The notes under the pieces were generated by a model, which was not told the origin of the DNA, searched no databases, and saw only the letters and a list, made by a program, of their open reading frames with translations. 14,852 nucleotides of DNA from a virus, in the UHGV virus genome UHGV-1731069. One strand, given 5' to 3'. Position numbers and translations under genes: made by a program. This document shows, piece after piece, positions 9,276 through 14,852 of this stretch; within the stretch, counting starts at the first letter, position 1; every line of letters starts with the position of its first letter.

Positions 9276-9304
9276 TTGACATTTAACGCACGAATTATTA
9301 CCTT
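9276..9304 (+). promoter_or_regulatory. Candidate sigma70-type promoter reading toward the tRNA
   Basis: Perfect -35 TTGACA (9276-9281), 17-bp spacer, then TACCTT (9299-9304), which matches the three most conserved -10 positions. Lies in an AT-rich tract with a 10-bp direct repeat AATTATTACC at 9231-9240 and 9293-9302. Confidence 0.25.
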
Positions 9305-9635
9305 TCAGGTAAGTAAAGGGTTCATTCCGGTTATTAACCTGACTGGCTTGTCGTTAAATTGAACAGGTGGAGTGAGCTTTTATTTTGAGCAGTACGGCGT
9401 ATGGCACATGCGCCGATAGCGGTCTGGATACGTTTAAGGGGCACCCTCCCTTGCTCGGGCAAACGAACCAGGTAGCTGGAATGTGCAAGTCGAGCGGTTT
9501 TATTCCGCGCGCGGGGATTCACCATCCCGGCGATTCGGTGTGACGCCTCGGAAGAGACGAGGGTACAACGATGAGAGCATTTATGGAGCTGCGACAAAGT
9601 GTGGCGCACTTAACAGGCTAAGTGCTCTCAGCGTT

Positions 9636-9712
9636 GTGGCATTAGCTCAGTTGGACAGAGCAACCGCCTTCTAAGCGGTTGGTCGCAGGTTCGAATCCTG
9701 CATGCCACGCCA
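9636..9712 (+). tRNA. tRNA-Arg (anticodon TCT, reads AGA), argU-like, phage-encoded
   Basis: Hand-folded cloverleaf: acceptor GTGGCAT/ATGCCAC, D-stem GCTC/GAGC, anticodon stem ACCGC/GCGGT with loop CTTCTAA (anticodon TCT), T-arm GCAGG-TTCGAAT-CCTGC, discriminator G and encoded CCA. Closely resembles E. coli argU as I recall it but with a different acceptor stem. Confidence 0.9.
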
Positions 9713-9755
9713 GAATCACGCCTAAGGACCGTGATGCCAGAAGTTCCAGGGGCTT

Positions 9756-9797
9756 GGCGGTGATGGTTTCCCTTGAAGGACTATCACCGCCCTTTTT
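9756..9797 (+). terminator. Intrinsic terminator-like hairpin downstream of the tRNA
   Basis: 9-bp perfect stem GGCGGTGAT / ATCACCGCC with an 18-nt loop, followed by CTTTTT. Confidence 0.45.
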
Positions 9798-9875
9798 ACA
9801 GCAGGACGCCATTGCGATGACTTCATGCTGTAAACCAGTACAGCCACGGAAGGCATAACTCATTGCTTCCAGTTC

Positions 9876-9899
9876 GCCCGGTTCGCCGGGCATTTTTTT
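9876..9899 (+). terminator. Intrinsic terminator-like hairpin immediately upstream of the 139-aa ORF
   Basis: GCCCGG-ttcg-CCGGGC (UUCG tetraloop), then A and seven T. The SD AGGTGA (9901-9906) and ATG 9911 follow directly. Confidence 0.55.
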
Positions 9900-9910
9900 A
9901 AGGTGAGATC

Positions 9911-10330
9911 ATGAAGACAATTGATATGTTGGCTAAGTATCTAAATGAATGGCCATTAAAATATTCTCGTATCGTTCAGGCTGAAGACTGCATTTTTTAT
10001 GGCGTTTTTGCTGATAATGAAATGCATTACGAAGTAATTCAGAGTGAGGGACTGGCCGGGTTAACTCTTAGCGAAGACCATGGTACTAGCGTTACGTTCC
10101 ATGACTGGATAACAGCACAACGTTCTGAAATGGAAAAAGGCGATGTGTTTGATATTTCTCGCGCTGTTTACGCTAAAGCAAAAAGTGATAATGATTACAT
10201 GAGCGAACACTTATACAACATGAAGTTACAATGCCTGCATGCGGCGCTTATTCAGAATGGGCACTTCGATAAAACAAGTGCCATCAATATTGCGGAAGCC
10301 ATCAACGCTGGATTTAATGCCATTAAATAA
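9911..10330 (+). CDS. Hypothetical protein, moron-like accessory gene of unknown function
   Basis: 139-aa ORF on the opposite strand to all flanking genes, with SD AGGTGA 4 nt before the ATG and its own downstream terminator. Hand count gives about 30-37 percent G+C over the first 110 nt, clearly below the flanking structural genes. No recognisable catalytic motif or transmembrane segment. Confidence 0.6.
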   Translation: MKTIDMLAKYLNEWPLKYSRIVQAEDCIFYGVFADNEMHYEVIQSEGLAGLTLSEDHGTSVTFHDWITAQRSEMEKGDVFDISRAVYAKAKSDNDYMSEHLYNMKLQCLHAALIQNGHFDKTSAINIAEAINAGFNAIK

Positions 10331-10333
10331 CAC

Positions 10334-10347
10334 CGTGACATGTCACA
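10334..10347. repeat. CGTGACATGTCACA, containing the perfect 12-bp palindrome GTGACATGTCAC (copy 1)
   Basis: Read directly; lies between the stop of the 139-aa ORF and its terminator, 74 nt from the large terminase stop. An identical 14-mer is at 12599-12612. Confidence 0.6.
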
Positions 10348-10350
10348 AAC

Positions 10351-10377
10351 AGCCAGCCGATGAGCTGGCTTTGTTTT
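10351..10377 (+). terminator. Intrinsic terminator of the 139-aa ORF
   Basis: AGCCAGC-cgatga-GCTGGCT followed by TTGTTTT. Confidence 0.6.
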
Positions 10378-10420
10378 ATCCTCATCAGAGGATATCAACG
10401 ACATTATCCCCACCAGCGGA

Positions 10421-11896
10421 TTAAGCATAGGGATCGTAATCTGTGATGGCCTTGCCTTGCTGGTTCTGCTGCCCGGGAATTCGCAGACGCTTCGACACAG
10501 GAAAAGCAAACGTCAGCAGTAGCGCATCGCCTTTACCCGGCGAACGCCCAAGCCGCTCCTTGATATCTTCCTTCGGTTCGATAACGATTTTACCGTCCAC
10601 GCGAACTTTGTACTCTGCCGCCGACAGGTCGTCTGCAGTTTCCTGGTCATCCAGCATGCCGCCCAGCCTCAGCCATGTCTTACATGAGTTGAACATCTCC
10701 CCACGCTTGTTGAGCATCTGCGGGTCAGTAGACGCGCCACCGAACGGAACAAGTTGCCATGTACGACCCCAGCCGTCACCGATTGACTTCAGACCAGTTC
10801 CGTAACCGAAGTCGATGAACACTGCGTCAGCCTGGTACTGGTCTTCAAAGTCAGCGATACGCTTCGCCATAATCAGATCGTCAGTGGTCTTGTTGCCAGT
10901 CCACAGCACCTTACTGTGCAGCCCCTGCCGCAGGTATATCACAGCGTCATCAACGCCTGAGTATGCCGGGTCAACGCCGATTATCACCGGAGCATGTGCA
11001 ACCTGCGCAGCGGTGACCACCCGTTTCATTGCCTCGTCAGTAAGTCCGGTAGGGATAAACTGCAATTCAGATGCATCCGGGAATATGCCGCGCACACGGA
11101 TTTTAACGAAGTCGCTGTCTTCCCCGTAGTCATCAACCCATTTCTGCAACTGCTGTTTGTTGGTGCCTTCCACCGTCCGGCTGTCAATCTGCGCAGTTTT
11201 CCAGCGGTGTTTATATTTGCGGAAACATTCGCGGAAACGTCCGGTATTACGCGTCGGGTTTCCGAACGCCACCCAGATAATCTCAGTGTCTTCGTCCGTA
11301 AGCGCACCCTCAGCAACTTCCCACACCAGATCCGCAATGTTCGACGCTTCATCGAATACCACGATGATGCGTTTGCGCTCGTTGTGTAGTCCGGCGAATG
11401 CCTCAGTGTTGTGCTCAGACCAGGGGATTGCGTCAGCTCGCCACCGCTTGTCGTGCCCAGGATCATTGCTGTACATCGCGGTAGCGGTACAGGTAAACCA
11501 GTCTTTCGTGATAGCAAGGTTCGACCACTTGATAATTTCCGGCCAGGTCTTCGTTCGTAGCTGGTTGTCGGTGTTGGCAGTCACCACGACCTTACAATCC
11601 TCGCAAGTGGACATGCCCCAGTTGATCAGCATTGAGATGAATGCGGATTTACCAATACCGTGACCAGAAGCGCGTGCCAGCATAAGCGGCTGATAGCGCG
11701 TCTCTGGATTCTGCAGGTGATCACGTATCTCTCGGAACGCATCAGCCTGCCACTGACGTGGGCCGGTGGCATGTGCCAGTTCAGTCCCCTCTTCCCCCCA
11801 CGGGAACGCATAGAGGGCATAGCCAAGCGGATCGTGAGTGAACCCTGCAATATCCTCGATCAACTGCTCTTCAGGAGATAACGCTGTATCTGTCAC
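10421..11896 (-). CDS. Terminase large subunit
   Basis: 491 aa with Walker A-like ARASGHGIGKS, Walker B-like IIVVFDEAS, and a C-terminal nuclease-like region (VIIGVDPAYSGVDDAV). GTG start at 11896 overlaps the small subunit stop (GTGA); there is no in-frame ATG nearby. Confidence 0.85.
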   Translation of the reverse strand: MTDTALSPEEQLIEDIAGFTHDPLGYALYAFPWGEEGTELAHATGPRQWQADAFREIRDHLQNPETRYQPLMLARASGHGIGKSAFISMLINWGMSTCEDCKVVVTANTDNQLRTKTWPEIIKWSNLAITKDWFTCTATAMYSNDPGHDKRWRADAIPWSEHNTEAFAGLHNERKRIIVVFDEASNIADLVWEVAEGALTDEDTEIIWVAFGNPTRNTGRFRECFRKYKHRWKTAQIDSRTVEGTNKQQLQKWVDDYGEDSDFVKIRVRGIFPDASELQFIPTGLTDEAMKRVVTAAQVAHAPVIIGVDPAYSGVDDAVIYLRQGLHSKVLWTGNKTTDDLIMAKRIADFEDQYQADAVFIDFGYGTGLKSIGDGWGRTWQLVPFGGASTDPQMLNKRGEMFNSCKTWLRLGGMLDDQETADDLSAAEYKVRVDGKIVIEPKEDIKERLGRSPGKGDALLLTFAFPVSKRLRIPGQQNQQGKAITDYDPYA

Positions 11897-12489
11897 TGAT
11901 TACCATCCTGACGTTCTTTGAGTCGCTTCCTGGCTGCTGCTATGCGATCAGCAATTGTCACATTCACATTAACATCCAGACGTTCTTTGAACGCGTTGAC
12001 ATCAACATGCTTACCAATCAGCTCAAGGTTCTTCACCTTGTCAGGCCATTTAATTTTTTTGAGGATTGTCTCTATCGAATCCTCGTTCATGTTCATGATG
12101 GTCGATGACAGATCAAAGCCACTAAGCGTAGTGCGCCAGATTTTCGGCCACTCACGGATTGGTTTAAGGCTCCCATCGTCGTTGAGGATATCGATCACGT
12201 CCATCTGGTCGATCTCCACCAGGCGCATGAGAACGTAATCAGCACTGACGCGCATTCGTTTGTTGCGCTCCTCCATCAACTCGGCAATCCGTTTTTGAAT
12301 GCGTTCATCGCGCATCATGACACTGGCTTTAACTGCCGCTGTATTTGGGGAGAATCCTGCATTAATCGCTGCCTGAGTCTGGTTTTCAGGCGTTTTGATG
12401 TATGACTGGCAATAAGCCTCCTGCATTGCTGTTAGTGGCTTAAATTGCGTTGATTTGCGTTTATAGGTTTTAGGTTCAGCAGGCATCAT
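11893..12489 (-). CDS. Terminase small subunit (Terminase_2-like)
   Basis: Helix-turn-helix region QEAYCQSYIKTPENQTQAAINAGFSPNTAAV...RIQKRIAELMEER is typical of Terminase_2-type small subunits as I recall them. The ORF track starts at TTG 12567, but that extension contains a terminator hairpin and direct repeats; the ATG pair at 12489/12486 follows GGTGG. True start is probably 12486 or 12489. Confidence 0.75.
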   Translation of the reverse strand: MMPAEPKTYKRKSTQFKPLTAMQEAYCQSYIKTPENQTQAAINAGFSPNTAAVKASVMMRDERIQKRIAELMEERNKRMRVSADYVLMRLVEIDQMDVIDILNDDGSLKPIREWPKIWRTTLSGFDLSSTIMNMNEDSIETILKKIKWPDKVKNLELIGKHVDVNAFKERLDVNVNVTIADRIAAARKRLKERQDGNQ

Positions 12490-12496
12490 AACCACC

Positions 12497-12525
12497 GTGG
12501 TAATAGTTACCGTTGTGGTAATAGT
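12497..12525. repeat. Two 11-bp direct repeats GTGGTAATAGT just upstream of the terminase small subunit start
   Basis: Copies at 12497-12507 and 12515-12525, between the upstream terminator and the start codon. Could be protein-binding sites; function unknown. Confidence 0.4.
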
Positions 12526-12530
12526 ACCAT

Positions 12531-12558
12531 GCAAAATAAAGCCGCCATAGTTGGCGGC
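12531..12558 (-). terminator. Intrinsic terminator separating the accessory operon from the terminase genes
   Basis: In the minus transcript: GCCGCCA-acua-UGGCGGC followed by UUUAUUUUG. Confidence 0.55.
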
Positions 12559-12598
12559 AGTATTCAAAACCCATCAAATTCATCATGCATAATCTACT

Positions 12599-12612
12599 CG
12601 TGACATGTCACA
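12599..12612. repeat. CGTGACATGTCACA, containing the perfect 12-bp palindrome GTGACATGTCAC (copy 2)
   Basis: Identical 14-mer to 10334-10347; overlaps the TGA stop (12608-12610) of the upstream minus-strand gene and lies upstream of the terminator and terminase start. Confidence 0.6.
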
Positions 12613-12946
12613 CTATTAATTTCGTTTCATGCCAGCCTTTAGTCACCCAGCATTGCGAGTCACCATTACACGGGCATGAATTCACAGGAACTCTCTCGCC
12701 GCACTTACCGCAACGTTTTCTGCCGATCGATTTTATACGCCCGTGCGCGCGAGCATCATCCTGGCGGATAAGTAACGCAATATACTCACCAAATTCGTAA
12801 GGCACACGCCCGGGGCGACGCGTGGCGCAGTTCCGCTCCAGCATTTCAATTTCCTGAGCATCAAGCACAATCTCCAGCTTACGTACACCGGATGCAGCTT
12901 GTCTGGCTCTCTGAGCGGCTTTGCGCTCTGCTGCTGATTTAGCCAT
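12608..12946 (-). CDS. Putative small DNA-binding protein: ribbon-helix-helix-like N-terminus plus C-terminal Cys-rich zinc-ribbon-like tail
   Basis: 112 aa, ATG at 12946. RKLEIVLDAQEIEMLERNCATRRPGRVPYEFGEYIALLIRQD has the strand-helix-helix pattern of RHH (Arc/CopG-type) domains; the C-terminus has CGKCG...CPCNGDSQC. Family assignment is pattern-based and tentative. Confidence 0.45.
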   Translation of the reverse strand: MAKSAAERKAAQRARQAASGVRKLEIVLDAQEIEMLERNCATRRPGRVPYEFGEYIALLIRQDDARAHGRIKSIGRKRCGKCGERVPVNSCPCNGDSQCWVTKGWHETKLIV

Positions 12947-13289
12947 TCTGATTTTCCTGCATCATGAGAAATACAATCATGGCGGCTCGGAGTGGATTAT
13001 TCGCATGAAAGCAAATGTTCTCAGCATTAAAAACAGCTGACCACTCACCGCGAGAGTGGTGGCAGGTTAGACTGATTTTATTATCAACAATAATAGGCCA
13101 TGCATCCGATGGATTATTGCAGTAGTCAGGTAAAGGGTTTAATGGCTCAAAAGTTGTATCAGTATTTCCGTAATACCATTTGTTGGTGTTATTCCCTGAT
13201 GTTTCCGGTTTACACGCCCAAAGGCCTTTAAAAATTATGTCTCCTACCATTCTGTTAATTTCAAAATCACTTAACTGTGAATAGTCCAT
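12939..13289 (-). CDS. Hypothetical small Cys/His-containing phage protein
   Basis: The ORF track starts at GTG 13292; the ATG at 13289 overlaps the upstream stop (TGATG) with GGAGG 7 nt upstream. Overlaps the downstream gene by 8 nt. Vaguely resembles small DUF-type proteins of lambdoid nin regions, but not confidently. Confidence 0.5.
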   Translation of the reverse strand: MDYSQLSDFEINRMVGDIIFKGLWACKPETSGNNTNKWYYGNTDTTFEPLNPLPDYCNNPSDAWPIIVDNKISLTCHHSRGEWSAVFNAENICFHANNPLRAAMIVFLMMQENQNG

Positions 13290-14179
13290 CACTTCACCTC
13301 CTGCGGCGGTTCTGGTAGAGGCATCCAGTGAGTTACATGTGCCCCGTAATGATTCCAGAACGACGCAACTGGCGCACTGTCTCCATCAGGGACAACCCAG
13401 TAATCGTGATGAACTTTATTATTAAGCCCATCAAACACCAGATACTCTTTACAACTTCCGGGAATGTTCTCAGGCATTCGCTCACTACAGCTTATCCAAC
13501 CATCCGGAGTTACCGGAACTTGCGGAATGGCTGTCTGCTCTCGAACGTCATTAGGCGCTATAGGTTCTGCTGCCAACTGACTGGCATATTTGTTAATGGT
13601 AACGATAAGCTCTTGCTCAGCCTCATCCAGACAATCACCGATACCTCGCCTGTCACCGTCAAAATCATCGAAATCGGCACGAATCTTGGCAACCTTCTGG
13701 ATTGCGGACAACACCTCACTAGGAATTACCGGATAGTTGGTTGACGTTTCCGCGATTTCCCGAAAATTATTGGTTGACGAATTCTTGTTTTCCCGAAAGT
13801 TTCCGGACTGAAGCATGGCGGCGCGGCAGGCGTTCCAGCCTCTCACCTCTGCAATAGCGGCAACAGCATCAACCGCGTACATGCTAAGAGGATTAGGCAT
13901 TGGTTTTTCTTCCGGTACTACTGGAACGGGGGGAGCGGCGTAGACCTCAATAATTCCATTATCAATAGGCCATTCTCCATCCTTGAGGTAGTCACTTGTG
14001 CCGTCAACTTGCTGTTCTGCAATGTGGAATGCACCTATTGGTTTTGCTTCCAGCGATGCCAGAGCAATTCGTGCCAGTTCTTCCGCTTCTTCTGCTGGCA
14101 GTACAACGTTGCTATCAGGTCCGTATGTTTCGCGCCACTGCTTGATTGTCAGCAGTCGCTCTTTGGTAATAGTGGTCAT
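13289..14179 (-). CDS. DUF551-like phage protein
   Basis: 296 aa, ATG at 14179 with AAGGAGAG upstream. The C-terminal motif WNHYGAHVTHWMPLPEPP matches what I recall as the hallmark of DUF551 domains in temperate-phage early regions. Confidence 0.55.
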   Translation of the reverse strand: MTTITKERLLTIKQWRETYGPDSNVVLPAEEAEELARIALASLEAKPIGAFHIAEQQVDGTSDYLKDGEWPIDNGIIEVYAAPPVPVVPEEKPMPNPLSMYAVDAVAAIAEVRGWNACRAAMLQSGNFRENKNSSTNNFREIAETSTNYPVIPSEVLSAIQKVAKIRADFDDFDGDRRGIGDCLDEAEQELIVTINKYASQLAAEPIAPNDVREQTAIPQVPVTPDGWISCSERMPENIPGSCKEYLVFDGLNNKVHHDYWVVPDGDSAPVASFWNHYGAHVTHWMPLPEPPQEVK

Positions 14180-14180
14180 A

Positions 14181-14819
14181 TCACTCTCCTTTGATGCGAA
14201 TGCCAGCGTCAGACATCATATGCAGATACTCAACTGCATCCTGAACCCATTGACCGCCAATCCCGTAATAGCGATGCGTAATGATGTCGATAGTTACTAA
14301 CGGGTCTTGTTCGATTAACTTCCGCAGAAACTCTTCCAAGTCACCAGTGCAGTGCTTGATGACAGGAGTTTTCCCAGGATGGCGAACAACAAGAAACTGA
14401 TTTCCGACTTCACGGACTTCGTTGCTTTCCAGTTCTGCAATGCGCTTCTCTGCGGCTTCCAGCTTCTCGCGCATATCGTCAACGTACTCGACCAGAGATC
14501 CGCCAGCAGGAATTTCGCATTCCTCGACCAGTTGGAAGTAGATATCAACTGCGGCCCGTGTGTTGCTATGCCTAGCGTCGCCCATCTCACCTTCACGAAG
14601 AGCATCGCGTTCGGCGGTAAGATTGGCTATTTTGCTGTCTTTGCCTTCCAGCTCAACGCGCAGCCTCCCAACCGTAAGCGCAATATCCTCGTTCTCCTGG
14701 TCGCGGCGTTTGATGTATTGCTGGTTTCTTTCCCGTTCATCCAACAATACCAGCGCGATATCTGGCGAAAAGTGCTTCATAAAATCGTTAAGCGCATTAA
14801 TTCGCTGATCGAAAGGCAT
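14181..14819 (-). CDS. Coiled-coil phage protein, possibly Ead/Ea22-like; may extend beyond the window
   Basis: At least 212 aa from ATG 14819, but the frame stays open to the window edge (11 further codons, no stop), so the real start may lie outside. Central heptad-like segment LRVELEGKDSKIANLTAERDALREGE. Confidence 0.4.
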   Translation of the reverse strand: MPFDQRINALNDFMKHFSPDIALVLLDERERNQQYIKRRDQENEDIALTVGRLRVELEGKDSKIANLTAERDALREGEMGDARHSNTRAAVDIYFQLVEECEIPAGGSLVEYVDDMREKLEAAEKRIAELESNEVREVGNQFLVVRHPGKTPVIKHCTGDLEEFLRKLIEQDPLVTIDIITHRYYGIGGQWVQDAVEYLHMMSDAGIRIKGE

Positions 14820-14852
14820 TACAGGTGCTTCACCAGCAATTTTTGTTTTTTC

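Noticed and set aside
9305-9635. Retron-like or second tRNA gene in the non-coding leader
   Set aside because: No reverse transcriptase gene is adjacent, and I found no second T-loop (GTTCGAATC-like) or cloverleaf; kept only as a generic structured-RNA candidate.
9636-9712. tRNA as a prophage attachment site or prophage boundary
   Set aside because: The tRNA is embedded between terminase and portal with phage genes on both sides and no integrase; its acceptor stem differs from host argU as I recall it, so it looks phage-encoded.
9483-9893. ORFs of 63 aa (plus) and 83 aa (minus) across the tRNA
   Set aside because: They overlap the tRNA-Arg and its terminator hairpins; the cloverleaf explains this sequence better.
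10443-11663. Several plus-strand ORFs (120, 104, 131 and 168 aa) inside the large terminase region
   Set aside because: All are antisense shadows of the terminase gene, which has clear ATPase motifs.
1-14852. CRISPR arrays, IS elements, rRNA
   Set aside because: No regularly spaced direct repeats, terminal inverted repeats with a transposase, or rRNA-like sequence seen on reading the window.

Overview
This window reads as a phage or prophage morphogenesis region, almost entirely coded on the minus strand. All homology calls are from reading the translations and from memory of phage families; no database search or folding was run. From high to low coordinate: four tightly coupled accessory genes (coiled-coil protein, DUF551-like protein, small Cys/His protein, putative RHH plus zinc-ribbon protein), then terminase small and large subunits, then portal, scaffold, major capsid, a putative head-tail adaptor / tail tubular protein A-like protein, a large tail tubular protein B-like protein and two internal-virion-like proteins, the last running off the left edge. 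The virion module looks podovirus (T7-type) in order and content, but the terminase sits directly upstream of the portal and the genes upstream of it are temperate-phage types. The one plus-strand locus, between the large terminase and the portal (about 9208-10420), is the most interesting: an argU-like tRNA-Arg(UCU), two intrinsic-terminator-like hairpins, and an AT-rich 139-aa ORF of unknown function with its own terminator. An identical 14-bp sequence containing a perfect 12-bp palindrome (GTGACATGTCAC) occurs exactly twice and brackets the terminase module. Several ORF-track N-termini start at GTG/TTG where a nearby ATG has a better-placed Shine-Dalgarno; those starts are adjusted below. 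No CRISPR array, rRNA, IS element or integrase is visible.
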